Shown in pieces: positions 12,201 through 25,881 of a DNA stretch of 64,000 nucleotides. Position 1 is the stretch's first letter, and each line of letters begins with the position of its first letter. The DNA comes from Tricharina praecox (lineage: Eukaryota). Where the stretch lies: assembly GCF_024521635.1 (NCBI RefSeq), contig NW_026250417.1, positions 558,001 through 622,000 on the forward strand. The letters run 5' to 3'. The notes beneath the pieces are model-generated. The model was given only the letters and a program-made list of their open reading frames with translations, made no database searches and was not told the DNA's origin. The translations under genes and the position numbers were made by a program.

Positions 12201-15200
12201 TTTGATGGGGAAAAAGCAACGATTTTCAGCTACTTTAGGTACCCACGTAACCTATGTAATTGGCTATGCGCTGGATAGAACCTATAGTAGCCATGCGTAT
12301 ATCAAGTGAGCACATATTTTATTCTAAGTTCCAGCTTCCAGGTTCCCGCTGGGCCGAAGGGCCTGGGGAGTGGGGACAGATCATAATTCGCGACCTCGGC
12401 GGCCGAGCTTATCGCGTGAGAAATCATGACTGAGCGCATACAAAAGTTAACCACTCCGCCTATGTAGTACCTGCCATACATACAGTTACCGAAAAGCACG
12501 CGAGGCCTGACTAGTCAACTTTGATTTGTTTCGTGGTGCTCGCGTGCCCCGAAGTTTCGCGGCGTATGTAGAACCTAACCTGGCCGTGCGATTTGAATTT
12601 CCAAGTTCCCAGTTCAGAGTTCACACAGCCTAAATCCGGCGCGGTAAGTGTAGCAGATAACTATCGACGGTGGAGACCCCCCTCCCCCCCCCCTCCCCCC
12701 CCCCCCCCTCCCCCGTCCCCCCCCTCCCCCCCGCCCCACCCCCGGGCATCGGTGTTTAATTTGTCGATAGTAGGTCCTAACTAACTAACTAGTATGGAGT
12801 ACTTGATTAGTAGCGCTTGTCTATTCCGACGACGACCGACTGTGCTCACGCTCACGGCCGTTGGACCGTTGGACGATCCCCCACTCTGCGACACACACAC
12901 ACACACAGACACATAGGAACGCACATACGCACGTCCATACGTACCCTGGGCAGTATCCATGTGCCGACAGAGTAGAGTACCTACACAGGCAAGTAAGCAG
13001 GCAAGCAGGTAGGAAGGTAGATCACCGTCGGCTCGAGAGTCTTGTGGCGGCGGCCCACATACGGTACATACGGTACATACTCGCACTCACGGCAGGGCAG
13101 GGCAGGGCAGGGCAGAGTGGAGATGTCTGATGTCTGATGTCTGGAACGGGCTCGGACATGACTTACATATGAGCGGACAATAGTCCGGGATCGGGGGGCG
13201 AAACGCGTGAGCGCGAGGGTCAGGGTGGCTGCGTTCTTTTCCACCTCGCCGCGCTGAATCGGCGAAATACATATCTGCATATCTGCATATCTAGATACAG
13301 ACAGTACGCACACAAGCACGCTCGACTCGACTCGACCCGACGGTGCTCGATCGGATCCGACCTGCCACCAGGGAGGCTGGAGGCTGGCTGCTGGAGGCTG
13401 GCCACTGGCCGCTGGCCGCTGGCTGCTGGCGTGACGGATTGCAGTGCCTATACCAGTAGTATGTAAACACCCCCTGCTGTTTCTCCAAGCATTTATTCCC
13501 GAGCGCTTGCCTGCTCGGCGCTCGCTCGCTCGCTCTCGTTTATGCGCGCACGGCGCCGGCCGGTATGATAGTTACATAGAGCTTGAGTAGTGGTTATCCT
13601 GCCCAGCCAGCCAGCCAGCCAGACAGACAGCCACATCCGGCCATCGTGGATCCGTGGAATACATATGCTGATGTGAGACGTGCTCTGCTGCCTGCATACA
13701 TACATCCTCCTGAGGGGTACCGTATGGTGGGTATATGCCGTATGTATCTAGTGGGCGTGCACTGTGCGATGTTTGTCGTTCGAACTTCGGATGAGCCGTA
13801 ACTACAGATGTCAGTATATAGGCACGTGGTTTCCTGGGACCCCAAACTCCCGGAGTGTATCAGGAATCCGGCTCCCTCCCGACTCCCTCCCGGGTACCTG
13901 TAGGTTCGCGGCATCGGCACGATATCTGCATACCTCTGCAATGCCAGACTCCAGAGTAGGCAGGGAATTCCAGAACCCAGACAGAAGCCCACCGCTGACC
14001 TGATTGACCTGATTGACCCGACTGGCCTGACTGGCCGGCCGGCGGCGGCGGCAGATAAGACCGACCGACCGAAAGCAACTTTGACATGTCACATGTCGGC
14101 AACCCTGACTAGAGTATGTACCCACGGCGTTCCGTGGTTCCTGCCATCCGTGGTTAAAGATCAAGCCTGGGCCCTGGGAGGGATCGCTGGGGCCTTGAAG
14201 GCTTGGAGGTTTTGACGATACCGGCGTGTACCTAGCGTGCGCAGTAGGTGCTAACGGTAGTCAACGGTTTCAACGCTACATTTTTTTAGGAGCGGGGACT
14301 GCTAGAGCATGATACTAGTGCAGTACCAGACTGCTGCCGGACATCTCGCCGGCCGGCTGCACGCGTTAACCCTCCTCACTCAACTTTCAGGGCCCGTTGT
14401 TTGGTGCCTGTGAAGTTCGAACAGAGCAGGTACATAAGGTAATCATGCTCTAGTAACTACTCTACTGCCTACGGTGGTGGACTGTGGACTGTGGACTGTG
14501 GGGGGCGTGAATTGACTTTACGAAGCCGCCGGCGGTGCCGGGAGTGGAGCAAAGCATAAGTCACTTGTAAATTTAAGTAGGCATGAAACTTCGGGACTTC
14601 GGAATTCGGCGTGCCACTTCTGGTAATGATAGGCACCCTAGGATCTAGGTAGCCGGAACGCTCGGAGTGGGCACGAGGCGGGCACGAGTGCCGTGCTGTG
14701 TTTTCCAGCGACCGGCGGCTGTTGGCGGCGGCCGCGGACAGCGTATGTACTGGAAAGATCGGCCATTGAAACTTGACAGATCGAGATATTTTGACGCTTA
14801 GATTGTCGCTGGGCGATGGGCACTGGGCACATGACATTCCCGCACTCACTCCATCTACTTGATCTACTGTGGTTTAGCGGTACCAAGGCGCACTTTTCCA
14901 ATACAAGGCAATAATCGGAGCCCCTCCCCTCTCTTCGGTGCCTCCACTGTCCAGTCGGTGCCAGATTTCTTGCGACGCTCCGATTGGCCACCGGCCGCCG
15001 TAAGTAGAGTAAGCACCGTACACACAGTAAGCACCGTAAGCACTGTATGTCCACAGACAGGCAGGCAAGTTACCTATCGCTCCGACCCGCGACGTCGCCG
15101 AGCCTCCTGTTCAAGCTTCCGTTCGAATTTTAAACATCCGTTCAGGACGAACGGACGGACGGGCCCGGGGCCGGGGGTGGTGAATCCGTGAATCTATCAT

Positions 15201-15849
15201 CTACATATGAGTTGCCCGGATAGCCCAGGATGGCCCCAGGTATGTAGAGTACCTAGAAGCTACGGTATCTGATCCAAACCGCTCGACCGTTTTCCAAAAG
15301 AGAAAAAAAAAACCCTTTCGCGGTCCCCGACCGATCAGCTCAATCGCCAGTGTTTGCCACCATGGCGCACTGTGGGGTCGGAGTCGGCAAGCCCCCATCG
15401 CCCCCATCGCCCCCTCCCCCCGGCCAACCCCGATAAGCCTGACGGGCCTGCCCACTCTCGGAGCGTTCTTCTCGGCGATCAAGTCGTACTCTACGCACGA
15501 CCCACGACGCACGGACTCTACTCTACGTACGATATGTACGATAAATACTTCCGATAGTTACTTTAGATAAAAATAAAACAGAAAAAGCAACAACGACGAA
15601 GCAGGATGATTCCATTTCCAGGTGGCAGGATGATGATTCCAGGAGCAGGAGCAGGAGTCGCCCGTTCCGATCGGACATCCCGAAAAAAAACAAAAAAGAG
15701 AAAACAAAAACAAAAGTTTGCCGCCCGCTCAGAGGGCACACGCAAGGAGTCGAACAGGAGTCGAACCACGGTATCGTCAGATAGCATCAGATGTTGTGTT
15801 GCACTGGAACTGGCACGTTCTGGTTTTGGTTGGTTGGGGACCTGGTTTG

Positions 15850-15925
15850 GTTCAGGTTTGGTTCAGGTTCGGGGTTAGGTTCAGATTCAGGTTCAGGTTC
15901 AGGTTCAGGTTCAGGTTCAGGTTCA
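15850..15925. repeat. (GGTTCA)n microsatellite, imperfect at the left end
   Basis: Read directly. Confidence 0.9.
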
Positions 15926-17090
15926 GTTCTGGTTCTGGTTCAGGCTCAGGTGCGGGTTTGGGTTCATGTTTATTTCTGGTTCGGGCAATTTGTTTCTGTG
16001 GGGTTTCACTCCACGGTGCCAACTTCCCAAGTGTTTCGCTGCTTCCAGCCTTTGTTCCACTGCTTCCTTCACTGCTTCTTCCCTTGCGAGTCCCGGGCTC
16101 AGCCGTCTGGGCAGTGGCAAAGGCAGTGGACATGCGCAGGATACAGATGCATATGCACATGCAAATGCAAATGCCGTTCGTCACCATGGTCCATGGCTTC
16201 CGTCTGTAACCGTTTGTCTGTAACCGTTCGTTTGGGAGACTGTAACCGTGAGACCGTGAGACTGTGGACTGTGGATGTCACGGTGTGGGGTGACACGATG
16301 TAGTAGATACCCGTGAGTCCACTCTGCGACTCTCACAATGCTCCTGCTTTTGGGGATTTGATATTCAGGGTCGAATCTTGAATGAGATCACCACTGACCA
16401 GGCTCCGGCGGCGCACCGGGGAGCTGGGAGAAGCGTACGGCCTATGCAGGTGTAGGTACTTGACTACCTACAGTACATATATGCATCCCCCCTCTCCAAC
16501 CCACGAGCACGGTGGCTTCCATGAACCTCGGCAGATATGCGGAAACTCCCCTCTACACGAGGACACGGGACATCACTCAAGTCTCAACCTCTGCGCGGGC
16601 GGGTGCCGGCTTTCGGTCGGTCAGTCGGGAGGGCGCACAACCGTAATCTCGTGGCATCAGCATCAGTCTGTTTCGGCGCGCCCGAGTATGTTCGGACTCA
16701 TCCACTCCTAACTCTGTATGTGTTCCCACAACTTACGATTTCCAGCGGCGACTCCAGCGATTCCAGCGGCGGCGGCGACGGAGGAGGCGGGGAAACACAC
16801 ATACACACATGCTCACTTACAGACACGCGACCATATTAGGCAGGAACAAGATTCAGTGGTGGGGAAGTGGAAGATCTTAGGTAACATGCGCCCGAAGGAA
16901 AGGAAATTTGCGGGGCAATGGGGAAGCCTGAAGCCTGAAGCACGCATGCCCGACAGGACAGGGCTGGACGAAGGAGTCGATTGGCTCATGCTCAGGCTGT
17001 ATGTTGGATGGATGGATGCATGTATGATGCTGTACGTAAGGCATCTAGTCCACGGTTCGAGGTTCGTACGGTATGTGTTAGTCGGGGCCT

Positions 17091-17174
17091 GAGTTGTGTA
17101 GTTGTGGAGTGGAGTTGTGGAGTATGTATGTGGAGTTGTGTAGTTGTGGAGTGGAGCTGTGGAGTATGTATGTG
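17091..17174. repeat. 42-bp tandem duplication
   Basis: GAGTTGTGTAGTTGTGGAGTGGAGTTGTGGAGTATGTATGTG twice, one mismatch. Confidence 0.9.
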
Positions 17175-20100
17175 GAGTTGTGGAGTACCTAATACCTATA
17201 TCACGCAGTGTGTATTACCTACTCCACTCCACATGGGATTGTGGGGTGTTCGAACTTTTTCGGACTCCGGAGTGCAGCGTGATGTTTTTGTTTTTGTTGT
17301 TTTTGTTTCCGGTGGTGGACACTGGTGGGACGATCGATTGCTTCACGGAGCGTCATGATGCAGCAGAACCTGCATGCATGTGCCTGAAGGATGTTTCTCT
17401 TGGATCCCCAGCCATCAACACAGCTTCTATGCATAGAGAAAACCGCCACGCCACGAGGAGGAGGAGGCGGGGACAACTTGCGCGCGTGGTCTTGATACAT
17501 ACACGCCTGGGTACTTTGGTAAGCACCTGGTGGAAGAGTCCTCGCCCTCACGATCGATACCCTAGATATTCATCAGAGGACGTACCTATCATATGTAGTT
17601 AGAGCACGGTGGGTATGGATGTCATCCAGCTAATCTCATCGGTTACTAGCGTTCGAGCGATTGCACACAAGCACTTGCCCAGCCTGGAAGACCAAGCAAT
17701 TGCAAGTTCCAACGGTCGCGCTGCTCCACTCCACTAGTTGCATCGTCAGGGTGTGGCAACTAGACTAGTTGGCTGACTAGCGGCTTTCTTATCGGAACCG
17801 TGTATTTGGGAGGAGCCTGGAGGAGGGAAGGGAAGGAAGAAATAAGGAGAGGTGATGATGATGGTGATCATCGTGGGAGGGGAAGGGGGAGAGGAAGGGG
17901 GAGGGGGCAGGAGAGGGGATCTGGAACCCCTCGAAAACTAGCAACATCTTGGCCTCCTTCCAACTGCCCGAAACGGGAGCCACAGAGCGCGGGCAATCCG
18001 TGAGGCAAATTAACCCAAGTCGAGGGCCAGCAATCACGCAGAGGAATCCCCAGATAACTCGACGTGGGTGCGACTCTGTGCCACCGTCCGGATGGAATGA
18101 GAGTACCCTCTCGACCTACAGATTGGTGATGGTGGTGGTGGTGGTAGTGGTGGCGGCATCTACCTACACACCACCATCCAATGTCAGCGGCGACGCATGA
18201 ACGAAAGGAAGCGGGTGGGGGCCGTGGCCGTCGCCGATGCGTGAAGAGCAACTGGGTAGGTGCTGTATCTAGAGGGGGTATCATACAACCTGGGACATCG
18301 ATTGTCGATATCTAGCGTCGTGCGCACGAGACTCGTGTGCGAACATACGGTATGTAGAGCATCCAGAGTATCTTCTATTCCACCGATCCAGCAGAGTGCG
18401 AGTCGGGATGGGCGGCGCCTTCCGGACGGGCACCAGACACACACACATCCACACACACACATGATTCCAAGGATGCCTGTCGGATAGTGCAGTGCCTTAC
18501 TGGTGAGCCTCGGATGGAAGGAGGGAGTGTGTTTGGGTGATGAGCCCGGAGTCATGATTCACGAACAGTATCCATCTACCGCTTGCGGCAAAGACGCTTG
18601 TTGTTATTGTTTTGTCTGTGACAGTCTCTGGAATGCGGCCTCTGGAATGCTGCCTGTGGTTGGCCCGGCACACACCGGGCGTGACGGTTGTACGCTCGAG
18701 GGGCTGTCTCCGACTCTCGGTGGTTGGTGGACCGTGGGCTGGTCGCTGGTGGCATCGTTCTCTTCGGAGGCTAGAAGCGGAACGTCAACGCCGGATTGCG
18801 GGGAAACTCGAGAGTCAAGACTCAAGAGCCTCCCTGCCATTCAGCTGCACGGTCCCTGCGGCGTCCGATTCGCACCAGTCGTCACCGTCCTGCGCGCTTC
18901 ACGCCGATGCACGATGGATCCAAATGGCTCTCCTCTGCTCTCATCGCCTCTCTCCGCCTCTCGTCTCGTCTCGTCTCGTCTCCATCTGCCACGCGCGCTG
19001 CTGCTGCTCCCCCCCTCTCCCGGGTCCTGGTCCTGCCAACTGCCAACCGCCAACTGCCGCAGTGCCTTCCTTCGCCCACTCCGCGGCCATGGCCACCAGC
19101 ATCGACTCCAACCCGCCACCATCTCGCACAGCCAGTCAGTCCGGCGACCGGTCAGTCCGACTCCCTGCTCTCGCGATCCCCTGCTGCCTCCGAAGCGGCA
19201 TTCTATGCTTCCTTGCCGCCTGCAGGCCCGATCCCTGGCCGATCGGACGGTTTTGCTGCGATTTGTGGCTAGTCGCTCACAGCGATGGTCCACCGCGGCT
19301 CATGCTATCAGTTGCTGCTAGCCCCCTTGCACTCTAGTCGCATCCGCAAAAACTGCCCTAGGGACTTCCGTCATGCTCTGCATCCTCCACCTATTCACAC
19401 ACCTGATGCCTACAAACTTACATACAAACCCTACTCTATTCAGTGCTCTGCTCGATATAGCTACTAGTACAACGGCGACAAGCCTCCTCCAACTGCTCGC
19501 ATGTCGCATGTCCATGTCGCATCCCGCATACCTGAATGAATGGATGAATGCGCCTTGCTCATTTGCGCGCCTTCTGTTCTCTCGAACACCGGAAGAAAAG
19601 AAGGAAAAAAACACCGCCGAGATGGTGGACGCGGACATGGCCCGTACTATTCTACGGCGTGCGTATGTGCCTACTCTAGCTACCGCCGGTAAATGGCAGC
19701 TGGGACAGTCGGACTGCCACACGCCTCGTCAGGTAACCCCAGGCCAGATGGATGCTACGGAAAGAGGCAGCTTCGAGGATCCCTATCAAACACACTCCCG
19801 TACATGTCCCCCCCCCCCCCCCCCCCCCCCATCCACCATCTTCCCCCCGGGCCTTGCTGCACTGTACTACGCACACGGTACTGCCTCTCACACCCGCCCC
19901 TCACACCCTCTCACACCCTCCCACTTATCTATGATCTCTGTGTAATTGGTTCCGATATTCCGGCCCTCCCTCCTTCCTTCCTGTCCCCCGCCTCCTCTGG
20001 CTCCTGGAACAGATAAATACACATCCCGCCCCTTGCCCCGTAGCTGCTTGTCGATCAAGTCCACCGTTCCCTCAGACAAAGACTCCTCCACCCTTCGAAT

Positions 20101-20197
20101 ACTGCTTCCGTTCCCCGGGCTTCTCCAAGAAGTGTAGCAGTCCGCAAACCCTGCCCGTGACAACTCCCCTCGGAGGCCCCGCGACCACATATCAGCC

Positions 20198-22180
20198 ATG
20201 TCGACAGAAAAGGCTTCCCCGTACTCGGAAGATCCTCCAGCGGTCGAGCGAGGCGGCTTCGGCGGCTTCGTGGATTCGTTTAGACAACATCCCCACCAGG
20301 CACGCACGCAACGAGAACAGAAGGCCGCCGCAGCTGGCGGCCATGTCGACCTCGAACTGGCGGCGCACAACGTTGCCGACTCGCCCCTCAGCAGGAAACT
20401 GAAGGGCCGCCATCTGCAGATGATTGCCATCGGTGGTTCCATCGGAACCGGTCTCTTCATCGGCTCCGGAAAGGCCCTGAGTAGCGGAGGTCCCGCGTCG
20501 TTGCTCATCTGCTTCACCTTGATCGGTCTCATGTTGTACTCGACCGTTCACGCCTTGGGCGAGCTCGCTGTTATCTTCCCCGTCGCCGGTAGTTTCGCCG
20601 CCTATTCCACTCGGTTCATCGATCCTGCTTGGGGCTTTGCTATGGGTTGGAAGTAAGTTGTTGCCCCCCCCCCCCCCCCCCCCCCCCACACACACACACG
20701 ACCCTTGTCTGTTTTGCAAATGCGCATCGGAAAGTCAGACTGCACGTGGAATGCCGAGCTAACCAATGAAACCCGTCACAGCTACGCAATGCAATGGCTC
20801 GTCGTCTTTCCACTGGAGATCGTCGCCGCCGCAATCACCGTACAATATTGGGACAAGGACCACTCCATCAGTCCTGCTGTCTGGGTCACCATCTTCTGGC
20901 TTTTGATCGTCATCATCAACTTGTTTGGTGTCAAGGGCTACGGTGAAGCGGAATTCGTGTTTTCGCTGGTCAAGGTCATTGCTGTTATTGGCTTCATGTG
21001 AGTAATCGGCGGGATATCTACGGTCACCTCTACCAACCACAAGCTACACTTGCTGACCCGACGATGTGAATAGCATCCTCGGAATTATCCTGAACGTCGG
21101 AGGCGGACCTGAAGGTGGCTACATCGGTGGACGGTATTGGCACACCCCCGGCGCGTTCAATAATGGCTTCAAAGGGCTATGCGGTGTCTTCGTCACGGCG
21201 GCCTTTTCTTTCGCCGGTACCGAGTTGGTCGGTCTGGCCGCTGCCGAAACCGCCAATCCCCGCAAGTCTCTCCCGACCGCCATCAAGCAGGTTTTCTGGA
21301 GGATCACCCTCTTCTATATCGTCTCCTTGACCCTCGTCGGTCTTCTCGTCCCCTACACCGAAGAGAGACTTCTCCAGGAGGGCTCCAGCAATGCCGCCGC
21401 CTCTCCTTTCGTCATCGCCATCCAGAACGCTGGAATCGACGTGCTCCCATCCGTCATGAACGCCGTCATCATGATCGCCGTGCTCTCGGTCGGTAACTCT
21501 TCGATCTACGGCTCTTCGCGTACTTTGGCCGCGCTCGCGGAACAGGGCCAGGCACCCAGGATTTTCGCCTACATCGATCGCAGCGGTCGCCCGATGGCCG
21601 GTATCGCCCTCTCTTCGGTTCTCGGTCTGTTGGGTTACTTCTCGGTCAACCCCGACGTCCAGGGTCCCGCCTTCGATTGGATGTTGGCCCTCTCGGGTCT
21701 GTCGAGTATCTTCACCTGGGGCTCCATCTGCTTCGCCCACGTCCGTTTCCGACGCGGCTGGGCCCTGCAGGGCCACACGCTCGACGAGCTTGCTTTCCGT
21801 TCTCAGCCCGGTGTTGTCGGCTCCTGGATCGGCTTCATCTTCAACGTGCTCGTCCTCATCGCTCAGTTCTGGACCGCCATGTGGCCCATCGGCGGAAAGC
21901 CCAATGCCGAGAGCTTCTTCATGGCTTACCTGGCCGTGCCCGTCGTCATCGTTTTCTACCTCTCGTACAAGATCTACTACAAGACGCCATTCGTCCGCTC
22001 CAAGGACATGGATCTCCACACCGGCCGACGGGAATTGAACCTCGATGCGCTGTTGGCTGAGGAGCGTGCGGAGCAGGCTACTTGGCCCAGGTGGAAGAAA
22101 ATGTAAGTTTCCATCACCATCGCACCATTTTAAGAGTTGATACTGACATTTATATTTGCAGTTACAAATGGTTCTGTTAG
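20198..22180 (+). CDS. Amino-acid permease (APC superfamily, YAT/Gap1-like), about 572 aa; exons 20198-20652, 20782-20997, 21074-22102, 22162-22180
   Basis: Motifs LSRKLKGRHLQMIAIGGSIGTGLF, YGEAEF, AAFSFAGTELVG, ASPFVIA and GSSRTL. The 19-nt last exon gives the C-terminus IYKWFC*, matching the FWC-type YAT ending. Confidence 0.96.
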
Positions 22181-22596
22181 AAGCAGCGTACTTTTCTTCT
22201 CACGGTGTTTTACATTTCTAATTCTACGAGTTTGTTTTTCGTGATGTTTACGTTCACGTCCGCCTGATATGTAAGAGTACGGGCGGATGTTTCTTCGGGT
22301 TTCAGGTTTTTTTTGTTAGTCATGTCGTTCCATCTTGGGGCGGGGCTTTAGGGGCTCCAGTACAGGAAAGGAAAGAAAGGAAAGACTGGTGGGTCCATGA
22401 TTGGCTTCCGGTTTATAGTTATGATGGGAGGGGGCGGGGGATTTGTATATTTTAGCGACTGAGATCCGGAATACCATCCATCCATTGGATTTTCGATCTT
22501 TAAGATTTGTGGCCGTGCCCAGTGCCCAGTGTTCACATGAATTCTATCCACTCAACTACGCCCACGGACTGCTATGTAGGAAGCATCCTCCACAAC

Positions 22597-22889
22597 CTAC
22601 TTCGTCCTCTCATCAACCTCATCACCAACACCGCTCCCCGCTTTAACCAATCACAGTCAGCAGCCATCCACTCTCTACACACGGAGCCGAACATACCTTT
22701 CTGCGCCCCACCATCTTCTTTCCCCCCGCCTGCGCCGCTGCCGGATGGCAGCCGATGTGACGCTACGATCTCGGCGGCGGCGGCACTCTTGATCTCGGAG
22801 CGTATGGACGCGCTCACGGCCGGCGCGGAATCGGTCACTGCCCCCGTGCGCACGCCGATTGGGTTGGAGGAGGCGGAGTTGGTTGCCAT
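22597..22889 (-). CDS. Candidate small spliced orphan protein, 78 aa; exons 22889-22697, 22640-22597
   Basis: ATG in an A-rich context. A 56-nt intron GTATGT..GCTGAC..AAG joins MATNSASS...GGAQK to AGSGVGDEVDERTK*. No recognisable domain. Confidence 0.55.
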
Positions 22890-24675
22890 TTGTTTGTTCT
22901 TGGTTCTTTGGGGGGTTGGTGGTGGTTGTGGAGGGGGTGAAGGGGTTGTGGGGGAGGATGGGGGGAGAGGTTGTGGGTTCACGCGGGCGAGGTGACTGCA
23001 ATATGGTTACAAGATGGCTACGAGATCGCTACGGGGCGGCTACGTCATACATCCACATCTTGTGCTTCGCGTTGCTTTGCTGCTGAAGCTTGATCGAGGT
23101 GCGCAGGTATTTAGTTGTGTGGTGGCGGCGGCGCGGGTACTCTACTCTACCGTACTCTACCGTACTCTACCACTCTATCATGATACCGGTGCTCCAGGAG
23201 TCAAGGTGGGATGGTATGGCTTCCATACCGGTATCATATCGCCGACCGACAGAAAGACAAGATCGCGCATCGCACAGCCGGAGGTTTTTCCGCCATCCGC
23301 CCTTCCGATGGGCCGATGGATGCACGAGATCAGCCATGACGCCAGCTGCCTTATTGCTTTTGCGACCACACAGGACAGGAATCCTCCTCCTCCTCCTGCT
23401 TTCCTTCTTTCTTTCTTTCTTATTTTTCTGGGGGTGGATGGCGAACCCGAGCCTTGATAAGATGGGGAAAATATTGGGCACCGCCCCCAAAGCAAGCAAG
23501 CAATGCAAAGCAAGTAAGCAAGCAATCCCGCTGAGTGCCGATGTCATGGCGATCGGGGAGCGCCGCACCGCCGTACGCGCGAGCGGGAGCTAGTGCATAT
23601 GATAGCACTAGCTACTTTAGTGAGGTTGGGGTGGGTGGGGTTGGGTTGGGGGGGTTTTGTCGCAACCATGTCGCGACCCAGCTTAGCACACTGCTTGATT
23701 CGGGGATTTTGGGGTTGGTGGTTTGGTGGTTTGAGAGGTTGGTGGTTTGAGAGGTTTGGTGTTTTGAGAGGTTTGGTGTTTTGAGAGGTTGGTAACCTCG
23801 AGGGCTTAACCTTTGAGTGTTGCTGCTGAAATCAATGCAATACAGTGGGATGTCTCCAATTCAAGCCCGTTCACATGCTTTATTGGAGTTGAAGTCGGTT
23901 GGTTGGGCAAATTGTGGCGTGGAAGTTGGAACGGTGGAAGCCTGGATGGAAGGAGAGGGCAGCTCGAGCTACCTATCACCGGCAGTAGATAACGCATGGA
24001 GGCAGAGGCAGAAACCGTCGACCGTGGGATTCTGGGGGAATCCCATTCATGTCGTTCGTTTCGAGTGGATTCCTCTTCCTCCCCGTCAGGAGGATATTCG
24101 AACATAGGTGATGAGGAATCTTTCGGCCCGGTCGCACGGTGATGAGGCCCAGAATGCAGTTCCGGACGATGCGACGCCGCTCCACGGTCGGTAGTTATCA
24201 TACTTGGGTATTCTCCAAATCCATTCTCCATCATTGTGAATCATTGCGAATCGCCACGGAACCAAAATTCAAAGAATGCAACACCCAAGGCACAAATCCT
24301 CAGTCCCCCAACCCAAGTAGGCATGTTGCGCCGCTGCGCACGCCCCACTCTCGAGCAGATAGAGTACTCTGCATACATAAAAGTAAAGTGCCTTGTCGTC
24401 GGCAGCGGCCGCTGCCTGCCTGCCTGCCTGCTGCACCGCAGCACCTGTGCCTGCGGTCTGCTTATGGTAGAGTGCTCTGCATATATAGAGTGCATGCATG
24501 CATCGCTTGGAGCATGCCTGCACGCACGCGCAGGGGTCGGTGACTATGTACGTGGGGAGTTTTGTTTCTCTCGTGATGTACAATACAATACAATGCAACT
24601 TTCGATGCGGTGAGAGGAGTACTTTGACTACCCTATGTAGAGTACATACGAGACCGATTGGTGAGACTGAGGAAC

Positions 24676-25291
24676 GAATGAACGAACGAGCAGGTATTGA
24701 TGTTGGTGGAATAGGACCTCGCGAGTCGTGGGGTGACGAGGGCGGGAGGCGAGTTGGCGCTGCTGAGTGAATGGGACTCGTTCGAGCACGTTGTAGCTAA
24801 GGCATAAACTTTCAACGGCGTCTTCGAGTTCTTTGGCGGTCCCCATTCACTCTACGGGTAATGTGCTGAAATCGGGATTTTGCAGACAGTACATAATATC
24901 ACTCGTTTTATGCCAACAGAAACCTACTCACTATCCTATTGCGACCTTCTACATGACGGTTGGGGAATGAATGAATGGATGAGCAGGTGTTGGTGTTGGT
25001 GTTGGTCACTGGTGTGAATGGGACCTCGTGGGGTGACGGGAGTCGTGGGATGACGGAAGCGGGAGTTGGAGTTGGGGCTGAGTGAATGGACTCGCTTGGG
25101 CACGTTGTAAGTAAACTTTCAACGGCGCCTTGGAGGTTCTTTGGCAGTCCCCATTCACGCCACGGGTAAAGTGCTGAAATCGGAAAGTCTAGGTATATTC
25201 TAGATTTTGAACACGGTACATAATATCACTCGTTTTATGCCATCAGAAACATACTTACTATCCTATTGCGAGTCTGCGACCTTCTACACGA
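24676..25291. repeat. Diverged tandem duplication, units about 24676-24955 and 24966-25291
   Basis: Shared blocks TAAACTTTCAACGGCG, CCCCATTCAC, GTGCTGAAATCGG, GTACATAATATCACTCGTTTTATGCCA and CTATCCTATTGCGA. Confidence 0.85.
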
Positions 25292-25881
25292 GATTGACCA
25301 TCATCATTTTCATGTGTGCTGGAAATGTCTCTGTCAAACTTTGGTCGCCCGGAGATCTCCGCACGAACTAAGGTTTGGCCGTGGAAGAGTCTCGACGGCC
25401 AGGCGAACTCTGATGAGCGGGCCCGGTGAGCAGCCCGTTTGTAGATGGGGACGATGGGGGGGGGGGGGGGGGGGAGAGAGAGATGGATAGTTGGTTTTGG
25501 TGGGCGAACGATTGATTGATGATGATGATGATCTTGGTCTCGGTACAGATGAAAGGCAAACAAGAGAGTCCTCCGTCCCGCTCCTCGTCTCCCATCACTA
25601 GCCCACAAACCGCTTACTAACAGATGTAACGCTCCACACCTGCGAACTCTGATGAGCGGCCAACTTTGTTAGGCGGCCCACCTTAGGTAGCCTCTCAGTC
25701 TTTAAATAGAGGTCTTCGCCGTAGACGATAGGTTCTTCTTCAGTGTCGAATAGGATATCATCATCTGTCTACCCGAATATTTCAAGAGTATCTGCTTACC
25801 AACAAGGGCCCGTTTGGATGGCCTCGGTTTTCAGTTCCAGTTTTGGAGACAAATTCAGTTTCCGGAAAACCGTGAGGTGAA

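Noticed and set aside
18503..19337. Overlapping 241-272 aa ORFs
   Set aside because: GC-rich, microsatellite-derived composition with no domain or splice support.
12400..20100. GATA sites upstream of the permease (nitrogen regulation)
   Set aside because: They are scattered and unclustered, so they cannot be told from background.
21177..22019. 280-aa antisense ORF
   Set aside because: It is the shadow of the codon-biased permease exon.
23806..24234. 142-aa minus-strand ORF (MMENGFGEYP...)
   Set aside because: Plausible composition but no motif or gene structure I can support; needs RNA-seq.
25410..25680. CTGATGAG followed by a hairpin, twice (hammerhead ribozyme?)
   Set aside because: The required GAAA after stem II and a stem III/cleavage triplet are absent in both.
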